Virus record (IMG/VR): IMGVR_UViG_3300046786_000157
Span: 57,220-121,219 of that record
Reading direction: 5' to 3' (one strand)
Source: a virus
DNA length: 64,000 nt
This document shows, piece by piece, positions 29,013 to 38,757 of this stretch (the stretch's first letter is position 1; each line of letters begins with the position of its first letter). Under the pieces are notes generated by a model. That model made no database searches, was not told the DNA's origin, and worked only from the letters and a program-made list of their open reading frames with translations. Both the position numbers and the translations under genes were made by a program.

Positions 29013-29908
29013 AACAATACTTAGAACTACTACAAGATATTTTAGATAACGGGGAACAAAAAGATGACAGAACTGGCGTGGGCACCATTAGTGTTTTTGG
29101 ACGTAATATTCGCTTTGATTTGCGTGAATCTTTTCCCGCTGTCACTACTAAGAAGCTTGCATGGAAAGCTTGCAAAGGTGAACTTATCTGGTTCATTGAA
29201 GGCAGTAGTGATGAGCGTAGACTGGCAGAGATTACCCACGGTAGTACAGAAGGAAAGGTTACTATCTGGACGCCAAATGCGCTTGCACCCTATTGGAAGC
29301 CTAAAGCAAAATTCGAGGGCGACCTCGGTCGTGTCTATGGGGTACAATGGCGTCACTGGAACAAAGACCGTGTTGAAAAAGACATGGGCCCAGCGCACAA
29401 AGGTGGCACACGCCTCGCAGTGGATAGGACGGAAGTCGACCAACTCAAGAACCTCATTGAGGGCTTGAAGACTGATCCTAATGGACGCAGACACATTCTA
29501 AGTGCTTGGAATGTAAGTGAGCTAGATCAAATGGCTTTACCTCCTTGTCATGTTATGTCACAATTTTATGTCAACAAAAATAAAGAACTCTCTTGTCATA
29601 TGTACCAGCGCAGTGTGGATGTGTTTCTTGGCTTACCTTTTAACATTGCTAGCTATGCGTTACTCACTCATTTAATTGCACAAGTATGTGATTTGAAAGT
29701 CGGTGAATTGATTATCTCTACTGGTGATACTCACATTTATAGCGACCATGTTGAACAAGTTAAAGAACAATTGCAACGTGAGCCATTTGCTCTTCCGCAG
29801 TTGAAGTTGAATCCTGATATTAAAGATATCAACGGTTTCAAGATGGAAGATATTGAACTAGTAAACTATCAAAGTCATGGCACTATCAAAGCAAATATGG
29901 CCGTCTGA
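29009..29908 (+). CDS. thyA: Thymidylate synthase
   Basis: DRTGVGT, LPPCH, YQRSVD..LGLPFN. Confidence 0.97.
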   Translation: MKQYLELLQDILDNGEQKDDRTGVGTISVFGRNIRFDLRESFPAVTTKKLAWKACKGELIWFIEGSSDERRLAEITHGSTEGKVTIWTPNALAPYWKPKAKFEGDLGRVYGVQWRHWNKDRVEKDMGPAHKGGTRLAVDRTEVDQLKNLIEGLKTDPNGRRHILSAWNVSELDQMALPPCHVMSQFYVNKNKELSCHMYQRSVDVFLGLPFNIASYALLTHLIAQVCDLKVGELIISTGDTHIYSDHVEQVKEQLQREPFALPQLKLNPDIKDINGFKMEDIELVNYQSHGTIKANMAV

Positions 29909-30161
29909 AGACGAAGCAAAATCAATCACCTACAAAGTGAAAACACTTAACGTAGGTGATGTTGAAGATCCTGATATATATGTAGGGCAATATATATGGG
30001 AGTGGCAAGAAAGTGAAGCTGGTAGATGGATCATGGAAAACTCTAGACCATTGCCAAGTTGGCATCGTAGTGTCGATCATCTGACGTACGGGTACAAATA
30101 CGATATCAGAGCATATCTTACACCAAAACAAATAACTTATTTTGAATTGAAATACAAATGA
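29877..30161 (+). CDS. Small protein, probable outlying member of the paralog family
   Basis: W..EN..W..AYLTPKQITYFELKYK. Confidence 0.6.
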   Translation: MALSKQIWPSEDEAKSITYKVKTLNVGDVEDPDIYVGQYIWEWQESEAGRWIMENSRPLPSWHRSVDHLTYGYKYDIRAYLTPKQITYFELKYK

Positions 30162-31123
30162 ACATTTTAGTAACAGGCGGGCTAGGACTTATAGGTCATC
30201 ATGTAGTTGAACGTCTACAGACTCAGGGTCATATTGTGTCTATCATGGACACACAAACAAACTACGGTATTATCCCACAAGATGAGATTAATTATCTAAT
30301 TGAAGAACGTAGTAAGAAGATTGACTTGAGTGGTTATTACAAGTATGATATCTGTGATAGCGAAAAAGTCAGCAAAGTTTTTAATATTGAACAGCCAGAG
30401 ATTGTAATTCACATGGCTAGCTTCCCAAGACAAAAAGTAGTTAATGCAAATCCCGCATGGGGAAGTCGTGTTATGAGTGAAGGGTTGCTCAACTTGTTGG
30501 AAGCTAGCAAGAATTACGATGTACGTAAGTTCGTGTATATTAGTTCAAGTATGGTCTACGGAGACTTTACTGATGATGTTACAGAAGATGCCATCTGTAA
30601 TCCTCAAGGTCAATATGGTATTATGAAATATGCCGGCGAATGGCTTGTTAAAGATTACACACGCAAAGATAATTTAGTTCATACTATCATTCGTCCCAGT
30701 GCAGTATACGGTCCACTTGATGTTGAGGATCGTGTCATTGCGAAGTTCATGCTTACAGCAATGCGTGGTGGAGTGTTGAATGTTAACGGTGCTAGCGAAA
30801 CATTAGACTTTACGTATGTTGAAGATGCCGCAGATGGTATTGTTGCTGCCGCACTCTCTGATAATGCAGACAACAAGACATACAATATCACCAAGTCACA
30901 TAGCAGAACATTACTTGATGCGGCGAACTTAGCAGTAAAGTATGCAGGCAAAGGAACAATCAATGTCAGAGACAAAGACGCAGACTTCCCAAGTCGTGGT
31001 GCATTGAACATTGATGCCGCTCGTAGAGATTTCGGCTACGATCCTAAAGTAGATGTAGAAGAAGGCTTTCAGAAATACTATGACTGGTTGAGTACTAGTG
31101 AGTATTGGAAATCTAAAATATGA
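30158..31123 (+). CDS. NAD-dependent epimerase/dehydratase
   Basis: TGGLGLIG, SSSMVYG, YGIMK, RPSAVYGP. Confidence 0.92.
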   Translation: MNILVTGGLGLIGHHVVERLQTQGHIVSIMDTQTNYGIIPQDEINYLIEERSKKIDLSGYYKYDICDSEKVSKVFNIEQPEIVIHMASFPRQKVVNANPAWGSRVMSEGLLNLLEASKNYDVRKFVYISSSMVYGDFTDDVTEDAICNPQGQYGIMKYAGEWLVKDYTRKDNLVHTIIRPSAVYGPLDVEDRVIAKFMLTAMRGGVLNVNGASETLDFTYVEDAADGIVAAALSDNADNKTYNITKSHSRTLLDAANLAVKYAGKGTINVRDKDADFPSRGALNIDAARRDFGYDPKVDVEEGFQKYYDWLSTSEYWKSKI

Positions 31124-32079
31124 CACTGATACCCATTAAGGTAGAGCCATCGCCGGAACCTAACTATAAAATTATAGAATGGATGCTACATAATGTCTGC
31201 AACTATGATTGTAGTTTTTGTAACACTGAGTCCAAGAACGGTTCTATCAGATGGAAAACATTAGAGCAATATAAAAATTACACTGACAAGTTAATTGAAG
31301 CATGTAAAGGTAGTCCTGTTTGGTTTCAAATTACAGGTGGTGAGCCAACACTGTTCCCCGAGTTAGCAGAACTGTTACATTATATAAAAAGCAAGGGTGC
31401 ATATGTTAGCTTGATATCAAATGGTTCACGAACATTGCGTTGGTGGAAAGAACTAAAAGACTCAAAGAGTCTAGACTTTTTGTTTATAACCTGTCATAAT
31501 GAACAAACATCAGATTATGAACATATATCGCAAATATTAAACTTATTTCATGATGAATCTGTAGAGACAGTGTGTATGATTACACACACAATAAAGTCAG
31601 TGGACGAAGCTATAACTGCAAGAAAATACATAGAATCAACGACAGGCACGACTATTTTGTTTAAGGCAATGTTTATTGATTCGTATGATATCTACACAAT
31701 GTATACGAAAGAGCAACTAGCAGAAGTTCACAAATCCCACTCAGTGGGAATCAATCGTTCAACAAAAGCCTCAGCGGTGTATCCAAAAGAATACAAGATG
31801 ACTGATTTTTTAAAAGTTACGTATGAAGATCGTTCTACACGTATTGTCAATCCACAAACTCTACTAAAGACACAGCAAAATAACTTTCTAGATTGGGATT
31901 GCGCTATAGGAATGAGTACTATGCGAATCTCCGGTAGTGCAGTTTATAGAGGTGTATGCAGGGAAGGTGGGATGCAATTCACGTTAGATGATGATGTTAA
32001 GTTTAGTGACGCAATGGTTAAATGTACAAAGTCGCAATGCGTATGTCATACTGATTTAGTAACAACGAAGATAAAATGA
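31120..32079 (+). CDS. Radical SAM protein with C-terminal Cys cluster
   Basis: CNYDCSFC, ITGGEP, C-terminal CTKSQCVC; paralog of 2987..3955. Confidence 0.88.
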   Translation: MTLIPIKVEPSPEPNYKIIEWMLHNVCNYDCSFCNTESKNGSIRWKTLEQYKNYTDKLIEACKGSPVWFQITGGEPTLFPELAELLHYIKSKGAYVSLISNGSRTLRWWKELKDSKSLDFLFITCHNEQTSDYEHISQILNLFHDESVETVCMITHTIKSVDEAITARKYIESTTGTTILFKAMFIDSYDIYTMYTKEQLAEVHKSHSVGINRSTKASAVYPKEYKMTDFLKVTYEDRSTRIVNPQTLLKTQQNNFLDWDCAIGMSTMRISGSAVYRGVCREGGMQFTLDDDVKFSDAMVKCTKSQCVCHTDLVTTKIK

Positions 32080-33137
32080 AAATTCCACACTTTGGTCTAG
32101 CTAGACAATACAAACATATAGGCAAAGAGTTACTTGACGCCACACACCGAGCATTAAAGGATGGTCAGTTAATGAACGGGCATTACACTCGTTCATTTGA
32201 AGAATGGTTAAAATACAAGACCAAAACACAATATGCTGTCACCGTACATTCGGGTACACAAGCACTTGAGATTATTGCTAGATATAAAAAGCAAAAGCAC
32301 CATGTCTCTATGGAAGATAATCCCAAGATTCGCATACCTAATTTTACATACCCTGCAACACTAAACGCATTCTTGACTGCTGGATGGGATGTTGAACTTG
32401 CTGATACTGACAAGTATGGTATTATGACCAGCGGTACTAGTCAAGATGGTGGTGTGTATAACTGTGCTATGGGCTTTGCTGGACGCAGACCATGGCCTAA
32501 TGCAACATATCAAGAAAGCTACGGTGTCATCGTTGATGGGGCACAGCATTGGCTTGAAGCTGGTGGCAACGTTGGTAGTGGTATGGCAATTAGTTTTGAT
32601 CCTACAAAGAATTTGAACAGTAGTGGCAATGGTGGTGCCATCGTGACGAACGACCATCATTTATATCTGTATGCGGCTAGACACAGAGACAATAACAAAC
32701 CTGAGTTTCATACAGTAGGTACTAACTCTAGAATGTCCGAACAAGATTGTGCTCACATGATGGTTCGTGTCAATTATATAGATGCTTGGCAACTGCGTAG
32801 AAAGCAAATTGCTAGTTACTGGTGTGATAGATTCAGAGAGCTTCCAATAACTTGTTTAAGTGACACAAAGGAACCTCATGCACATCAGAAGTTTGTGATG
32901 TATCTACCAGATCGAAATAGTTTACACACTCATTTATTGACTGATGGTATTGATAGTAAGATTCATTATGAATATGTACTAGGTGAGTTGCCTACAGCAA
33001 ACAATTTGTCAAAGCCTGATCTGTTATCTACCAGTGTAATGTTAAGTCGAGGAGTAATTAGCCTCCCTATATATCCTGAGTTGACTGATGAAGAAGTGGA
33101 CTATATAGCTGAGAAAGTTACTGAATTTTATGAATAA
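32076..33137 (+). CDS. DegT/DnrJ/EryC1/StrS PLP-dependent aminotransferase
   Basis: SGTQAL, VDGAQ, SFDPTKNL (PLP Lys), GNGGAI. Confidence 0.92.
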   Translation: MKIPHFGLARQYKHIGKELLDATHRALKDGQLMNGHYTRSFEEWLKYKTKTQYAVTVHSGTQALEIIARYKKQKHHVSMEDNPKIRIPNFTYPATLNAFLTAGWDVELADTDKYGIMTSGTSQDGGVYNCAMGFAGRRPWPNATYQESYGVIVDGAQHWLEAGGNVGSGMAISFDPTKNLNSSGNGGAIVTNDHHLYLYAARHRDNNKPEFHTVGTNSRMSEQDCAHMMVRVNYIDAWQLRRKQIASYWCDRFRELPITCLSDTKEPHAHQKFVMYLPDRNSLHTHLLTDGIDSKIHYEYVLGELPTANNLSKPDLLSTSVMLSRGVISLPIYPELTDEEVDYIAEKVTEFYE

Positions 33138-34371
33138 GACGTTTTGTGTAATGCCATGGATTAACATATCTGTAGATCCTGACGGAAGCATAAAACCATG
33201 TTGCATATCTCAGCAACACATCACCAAAGAAAACAAACAAAACTATAATTTAGGGTACGACAAGCTTGATGATATTATAAACTCTCCTGATTACGTTGCT
33301 ATAAGAAAGAAAATGCTTAGAGGGGAAGAAGTTGCAGGATGTAAACAGTGTTATGCTATAGAGCAATATGGCAAGACAGAGAGCAAAAGAATTATGTTTA
33401 ACAAGACATGGTTTCCTAAACAAGAGATACGAAAAAAAGTTGTTCAGGGTGCTGTCATTGATAACACAGTGTATGATTTTGATTTGAGGTTCGGTAATAT
33501 GTGCAACTTATCATGCAAGAGTTGTTCATCTGTAAACTCAAGTCAACTAGAAAAAGAACTGAATGAATTGAACAGCAAAACAAATATTAGTAAATTTTTC
33601 TCTATAACATCTTATACTAACATTAATGAATGGTACGAGACAGACACTTTTGAATCCAACATCAAATCTAATTTAGATACGATTAGACAGTTGTATATCA
33701 CCGGTGGCGAACCTACGATAATAAAAAAGAACCAAGAACTATTAAAGTTTCTCGTAGACAATGGGAAAAGCAAGAATATTAAACTGATCCTAAATTCTAA
33801 CATGACAAACATTAACCCTGCATTCTACGAACTACTTCCCGAGTTTGAATCAGTGTTGTTCTTTGCAAGCGTGGATGGTTATGGGGAGATACAAGAGTAC
33901 TTGCGCTATCCTAGTAAATGGACTCAGGTTGACAAACATGTTAAAAAGTTAGTGTCATTGGGCGGGAACATAACAGTGCGTCTGTCCCCTACAGTACAGA
34001 TCGGCAACCTAAACAAGCTAGTTGACCTGTTTGAATATGCAGAAGACCTTAATAGAACTGCAGGTAAAGCAGTATGTTATATATGGATCAATCTATTGGA
34101 GTTCCCCACACATTTGAATATAGTGCACCTGCCTATAGACTATAAAAACAATTGTTGGGAAAGGATTGAATCGTGGATCAGAGACAGTTGCCAGTACCAA
34201 GACACTATATTTCATGACAGAATAGCGGCACTGAGAAACAAATGTATGACAGAAACACACGATCCTGAGAAAATCTCAAATTTCTTTGAAATGAATGATA
34301 TTTTTGATACACATCGGGGACATTTCTTAGATGAAATTAACCCTGAACTAGCCTCACTACGGGCTAAATAA
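33130..34371 (+). CDS. Radical SAM protein with N-terminal SPASM/Twitch-like Cys cluster
   Basis: CNLSCKSC, ITGGEP; FCVMPW..PCC..CKQC. Confidence 0.9.
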   Translation: MNKTFCVMPWINISVDPDGSIKPCCISQQHITKENKQNYNLGYDKLDDIINSPDYVAIRKKMLRGEEVAGCKQCYAIEQYGKTESKRIMFNKTWFPKQEIRKKVVQGAVIDNTVYDFDLRFGNMCNLSCKSCSSVNSSQLEKELNELNSKTNISKFFSITSYTNINEWYETDTFESNIKSNLDTIRQLYITGGEPTIIKKNQELLKFLVDNGKSKNIKLILNSNMTNINPAFYELLPEFESVLFFASVDGYGEIQEYLRYPSKWTQVDKHVKKLVSLGGNITVRLSPTVQIGNLNKLVDLFEYAEDLNRTAGKAVCYIWINLLEFPTHLNIVHLPIDYKNNCWERIESWIRDSCQYQDTIFHDRIAALRNKCMTETHDPEKISNFFEMNDIFDTHRGHFLDEINPELASLRAK

Positions 34372-34375
34372 CTAC

Positions 34376-34819
34376 ATGTGGATATTAACTGTACTGCCGG
34401 AATGGGTCACTCACGCAATTTTTAGCGTAGGTGTACTAGGAACTATAGCAGGGTTCATCTTGGGATTCTTACCGTTGGTAAGGGCATATAAACTAGCAAT
34501 TCAAGTTATTAGCTTGTTAACACTAGTATTCGGTGTCTATCTTGAGGGCGGCTTAGCTGACTATAAAGAGTGGGAACTCAAAGTCGCTGAAATGAAGGCT
34601 CAAGTAGCACAAGCAGAAGTTAAAGGTGCTGAAAAGAATGTAGAGATTCAGGAAAAAGTCGTTGAAAAGACGAAAATTATCCGTGAAAAGGGTCGTGATA
34701 TAATCAAGTACGTAGACCGTGAAGTTGTCAAAAACGAAGAAGTTATTAAGTACGTAGAACAATGCCCTGCTATCCCATCAATCATTATTGAACAACACAA
34801 TAAGGCGGCCACAAAATGA
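34376..34819 (+). CDS. Putative i-spanin (Rz-like)
   Basis: N-terminal hydrophobic helices, coiled-coil, terminal Cys-Pro; followed by a lipoprotein gene. Confidence 0.65.
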   Translation: MWILTVLPEWVTHAIFSVGVLGTIAGFILGFLPLVRAYKLAIQVISLLTLVFGVYLEGGLADYKEWELKVAEMKAQVAQAEVKGAEKNVEIQEKVVEKTKIIREKGRDIIKYVDREVVKNEEVIKYVEQCPAIPSIIIEQHNKAATK

Positions 34820-35079
34820 AATATCTATTAATCGCCCTATTACTTGCAGGCTGTGCGACAACGACAGTTCCTGTAAAACCTACATTCCCTAACCCAACTC
34901 CTGAGCTTATGAAGAAGTGCGAGGATTTGCGAAAAATTGAGGGTGACAAAGTGGCAATCACAGAGATGCTAAAAGTCGTAGTCCACAACTATTCACTATA
35001 TTATGAGTGCTCAACTAAAGTAGATGGTTGGCAAGAATGGTACACTGAACAGAAGAAGATATATGACAACGCAAAATAA
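34816..35079 (+). CDS. Putative o-spanin lipoprotein (Rz1-like)
   Basis: Lipobox LLLAGC, Pro-rich linker, LYYEC. Confidence 0.7.
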   Translation: MKYLLIALLLAGCATTTVPVKPTFPNPTPELMKKCEDLRKIEGDKVAITEMLKVVVHNYSLYYECSTKVDGWQEWYTEQKKIYDNAK

Positions 35080-35338
35080 TAGCATATTATTAGTTTTATG
35101 TTTATGTCTTGCAGGGTGTGCATCTACTCACGACTATCAAACGTATGTAGACACTCAAAAGTCGTTGAACAAAGACTATACTATGGCAGAATTAGCACGA
35201 ATTTCAGCACTGACAGAAATCGTCAAAGAATCACAAGATGTGAGTGTTAGAATTGAAGCTATAAAAGCTTTACAAGAGATTCAACGCAGTAAACGTCCGT
35301 TAAAAATAGACAGACCCAAGTCTTGGTTCGAAAGATAA
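35063..35338 (+). CDS. Second lipoprotein
   Basis: LCLCLAGCAS lipobox after ATG 35063. Confidence 0.6.
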   Translation: MTTQNNSILLVLCLCLAGCASTHDYQTYVDTQKSLNKDYTMAELARISALTEIVKESQDVSVRIEAIKALQEIQRSKRPLKIDRPKSWFER

Positions 35339-35364
35339 ATACTATATAGATCAGGATATTTACG

Positions 35365-35907
35365 ATGGCAACACCAGAAATAATCAATATAGGTACCTTA
35401 CCCAATGATGGTGAAGGTGACCCGTTACGAACAGCATTTCAGAAGATTAACAACAACTTTGCAGAGATATTCTCTACAGGGGCTTTCACCTATACCGGAG
35501 TCACTACTGGTAATACTGCTAATCAAGTTGTCTTTGAGACAGACGCAAACATATTCACTCAGGGTGTTTTCCAGATCAACTCTTATAAACCTGATTCAGC
35601 AGATAGTCAAAATATAACATTAAATGCCGCAATAAACAATGGTGCAAACAATGTCAAATTCACTGCCTTTGCAACTACTATGTTTGGCAATTATGTAGTA
35701 TCTAACTACAATATGGATGTTACAGACGGCAATGTAAGAATTTTAGTCAATCCGAATACAAGTTCTACATTAGAGCATTTTATCTCAGCACAAATCACGT
35801 TCAATGAAATAGTAGATACTATGGCATTAGGATTGAATGGTTATGATAGCGGAGATGTATTGGGTACTGAAGATAATTTAGTTATCGTTACTGAGCAACC
35901 AGCATAA
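35365..35907 (+). CDS. Baseplate/tail-associated protein (T4 gp9/gp10-like N-terminus)
   Basis: INIGTLPNDGEGDPLRTAFQKINNNF. Confidence 0.65.
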   Translation: MATPEIINIGTLPNDGEGDPLRTAFQKINNNFAEIFSTGAFTYTGVTTGNTANQVVFETDANIFTQGVFQINSYKPDSADSQNITLNAAINNGANNVKFTAFATTMFGNYVVSNYNMDVTDGNVRILVNPNTSSTLEHFISAQITFNEIVDTMALGLNGYDSGDVLGTEDNLVIVTEQPA

Positions 35908-36302
35908 TGAGAGCAAAAGAATTTATAACTGAGCAACGTGCGGCATTGTCTGTGGATATTTCCAGAGCACTACCCGGCACGTATACTATTCCGGGGTTAC
36001 CCAACAATGACTTCTATAAGCAATATCGTTTTGGTGTAGCACTTGCAGGAGCCCGCGGCCAAATAGAGAGAGTACAAGATAGCATTCCTCCTTATAACTT
36101 TGAAAAAGAAACTCCATGGGGCGAGAACATGATTGTTTCATCATATATGGATGGTTATATTGAACAAGACATTGACTATGCAATGAGAGAAGTCGGTGTT
36201 GAAGGTGGCAAAGTATTGATAAGCACTAAGAAAAGTGAAGAAGCAACTGATGTTGTTAAACATAGCCCAGTTAAGGCTTTCAAAGGATACAAGAGAAAAT
36301 GA
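35907..36302 (+). CDS. Putative internal head protein
   Basis: N-terminus MRAKEFITE, C-terminus VKAFKGYKRK. Confidence 0.55.
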   Translation: MRAKEFITEQRAALSVDISRALPGTYTIPGLPNNDFYKQYRFGVALAGARGQIERVQDSIPPYNFEKETPWGENMIVSSYMDGYIEQDIDYAMREVGVEGGKVLISTKKSEEATDVVKHSPVKAFKGYKRK

Positions 36303-36673
36303 GAGCCACTGAATTTGTAACTGAAGGTAAAACAGCTAAACCCACAAAACGCCAAAGTTTTGCAACACGAGGTATGCAAAAATTTCGTGACCCTAATGGA
36401 CTTGACCGTATATATGAGTTAAATCGTATTATGATGGCAGTAGCTTCTACTGATGGAGTATCAATGCCGGACTTAGATTCAGAAACATGGAGTGGACGTT
36501 TTAACACAGCACATCCTTATACTGACGTAGAAGCTGATATGCTTAAACTAGCATACAGGGCTGTTGGAAGTGAAATGCATGACTTAAACCACGGTGATAA
36601 CGAAAGTCAAGAATTACCGGGTACCAATACTCAAAGCACAGTCAAACCCTTCAAGGGATACAAGAGAAAATAA
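36299..36673 (+). CDS. Putative internal head protein, related to the previous gene
   Basis: N-terminus MRATEFVTE, C-terminus VKPFKGYKRK. Confidence 0.55.
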   Translation: MRATEFVTEGKTAKPTKRQSFATRGMQKFRDPNGLDRIYELNRIMMAVASTDGVSMPDLDSETWSGRFNTAHPYTDVEADMLKLAYRAVGSEMHDLNHGDNESQELPGTNTQSTVKPFKGYKRK

Positions 36674-36725
36674 TTTCTCATCAGTTGTAGAGAATAAGTA
36701 ATTTATATAAATTACAGGATTCTCA

Positions 36726-37418
36726 ATGATTGATATTAACAACACACTTGACCTAGTCAAACTCAAATTTTACAACGAATGGTTGTATACTGCCCACATT
36801 TATGATGAGGGCGACAGTCCAATGCATCAACATATGACTAGTGAAGTAGTCAAAACATATATTGATCCATTGAACATTCCTAAGAATGCAAAAATAGTTG
36901 ACTTGGGATGTGGCCCCGGTTACTTCTTAGATGAAATGAAATCTAGGGGTTATACTGATTTAACCGGAGTTACATTAAGCCCGGGTGATGTAGATATATG
37001 TGAAAAGAAAGGTCATACAATCAAAAAATATGACTTGACATTCTTACCACAAGATCAAGGCTACCACGATGAATCCACCGACTTCATCTTCTTACGTCAC
37101 GCACTAGAACATAGTCCATATCCTATCTTTAGCTTAATGGAATACAATCGTATATTGAAACAGTTTGGTAAGATTTATATTGAAGTACCTGCTCCAGATT
37201 GTGACAGACGCCATGAGTACAACTTAAATCACTATAGTATTTTAGGACAGAATCAATTGGCTGCACTACTACAGCGCACTGGGTTTGACATTGACAGATT
37301 TAATGTAATAGAATTTGACATTAGTATCCCGAACCAAGAGACCGGTGAGCAAGTAACGGTCAAAGAAAAGTACTACTGCATCGTGGCAACAAAACAACGC
37401 CCATTAGATATTAAATAA
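36726..37418 (+). CDS. Class I SAM-dependent methyltransferase
   Basis: VDLGCGPG, RHALEHSP..L.EYNRILK.FGKIYIEVP. Confidence 0.88.
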   Translation: MIDINNTLDLVKLKFYNEWLYTAHIYDEGDSPMHQHMTSEVVKTYIDPLNIPKNAKIVDLGCGPGYFLDEMKSRGYTDLTGVTLSPGDVDICEKKGHTIKKYDLTFLPQDQGYHDESTDFIFLRHALEHSPYPIFSLMEYNRILKQFGKIYIEVPAPDCDRRHEYNLNHYSILGQNQLAALLQRTGFDIDRFNVIEFDISIPNQETGEQVTVKEKYYCIVATKQRPLDIK

Positions 37419-37424
37419 TTTAAA

Positions 37425-38123
37425 ATGTCCTTGGTATCTGTAGAGAACTTTAAAAAAGCAAAATACTTATACGTAGTTTACCCCGGGGCAACCGGGGGTA
37501 ACCATGTGTGTAATATGATAAGCATTTGTGAGGGGTTTGGTCCTAGAGTAAAGAAGCCAAACTACAAAGAATGGATGCTTAAAAAGTATAAACGAGTAAA
37601 TTATAAAAGTAAGCCACCTAAGTTTGTTAATGCACATGTGGATGACAGTATTCATCACGTTGATAGACTTTATGAATACATTGACAAAGATTATTTACTA
37701 AATGCTAACGAAAAGATAGTTATACAAGGTCATATCTTCAACTTTTGGTCCGCAATAAAAAAAGGCGTTTTGAAAGAATTAGGTAATGACTATGTGGGAA
37801 TCATATTAGATTATCCTAAAGAAGGTTCTATGGCTTATGAGAGGATAAACGTTTATGGGTATGCGAGTCCTCATCGTGATTATACTTTTCCACTTAAAAT
37901 AGAATACATTGACTTTACTGTAGATATTGCAGAACATAATGGGTTTCATGTTGATACTAGCAAACTGTTTACTGAGAATGGCAGTCACTATTTGCGTGAG
38001 TTATTACGTGAAACCTTCGATCTAGAATTGCCCCCGGAAGCAGACGAAATGCATGAAATATGGTTTACGTGGATGAAACACGTAATCACCCCGGAAGTTG
38101 TTGAGTTTTGGAAAGATCAATAA
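37425..38123 (+). CDS. Hypothetical protein, sulfotransferase-like N-terminal loop
   Basis: VVYPGATGGNHV resembles VFQPGAAGNFI of 57096..58067. Confidence 0.45.
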   Translation: MSLVSVENFKKAKYLYVVYPGATGGNHVCNMISICEGFGPRVKKPNYKEWMLKKYKRVNYKSKPPKFVNAHVDDSIHHVDRLYEYIDKDYLLNANEKIVIQGHIFNFWSAIKKGVLKELGNDYVGIILDYPKEGSMAYERINVYGYASPHRDYTFPLKIEYIDFTVDIAEHNGFHVDTSKLFTENGSHYLRELLRETFDLELPPEADEMHEIWFTWMKHVITPEVVEFWKDQ

Positions 38124-38129
38124 TACGAT

Positions 38130-38160
38130 AAATACTCTCTAACAAGAGAGTATTTTTTTT
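38130..38160 (+). terminator. Terminator-like hairpin overlapping a TAAATA motif
   Basis: AAATACTCTCT-AACA-AGAGAGTATTT followed by a T-run. Confidence 0.65.
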
Positions 38161-38757
38161 ATGGCCAATCCACCTCCACCGTATGCAAACATTTCTGGTA
38201 TTACCAGAACAATAATGAAGGACAATCAGGAAGAGACTATCAGTAACTATGATGGTAATGCTCGTCCCGGAGAACTTGTAGTCGACCAACTAACAGATAA
38301 TCTTTATATAGGCAATACCAATGGTAATTTGAATTTAGTAGCATTTGGATCAGGTGTAACCAATCCCACATTATTTGATCCGCAGTTTACTGACGCATCG
38401 GGTACCGTTGCTGGTGTTACTACCACAGGAACATACACACGGATAGGCCCATTGTGTTATTATCATGTGTACTTAGATTTTTCAACTTGTACTAACTTTG
38501 GCACAGGACAATATCGAATCACTCTGCCATTCCCAACAAATCAAACTATGACTATACGTGGTGGCACATTACATCAAACAACCGGTAATTCATTGTATCA
38601 CATTGCTGGTATTACTGAAAACACAGTCAGTAATGTAGTTCAAAACTTGTATTATAGTGGCAGTACCACAGACTTGGCTTGGAAATATAACACACCAGTT
38701 GGTGCTACTACTGTAACTAGCCACTTTGATATTTCAGGTATCTATCAAATAGCGTAA
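38161..38757 (+). CDS. Probable tail/tail-fibre-associated protein
   Basis: G/T/N-rich; ARPGELVVD..LYIG..G; GTYTRIG..YHV..F..G.Y.ITLPF. Confidence 0.55.
   Translation: MANPPPPYANISGITRTIMKDNQEETISNYDGNARPGELVVDQLTDNLYIGNTNGNLNLVAFGSGVTNPTLFDPQFTDASGTVAGVTTTGTYTRIGPLCYYHVYLDFSTCTNFGTGQYRITLPFPTNQTMTIRGGTLHQTTGNSLYHIAGITENTVSNVVQNLYYSGSTTDLAWKYNTPVGATTVTSHFDISGIYQIA

Noticed and set aside
29009-29908. thyA as a dCMP hydroxymethylase or other base-modifying TS homolog
   Set aside because: It keeps the canonical PPCH and YQRS.D..G.PFN, including the dUMP-specifying Asn
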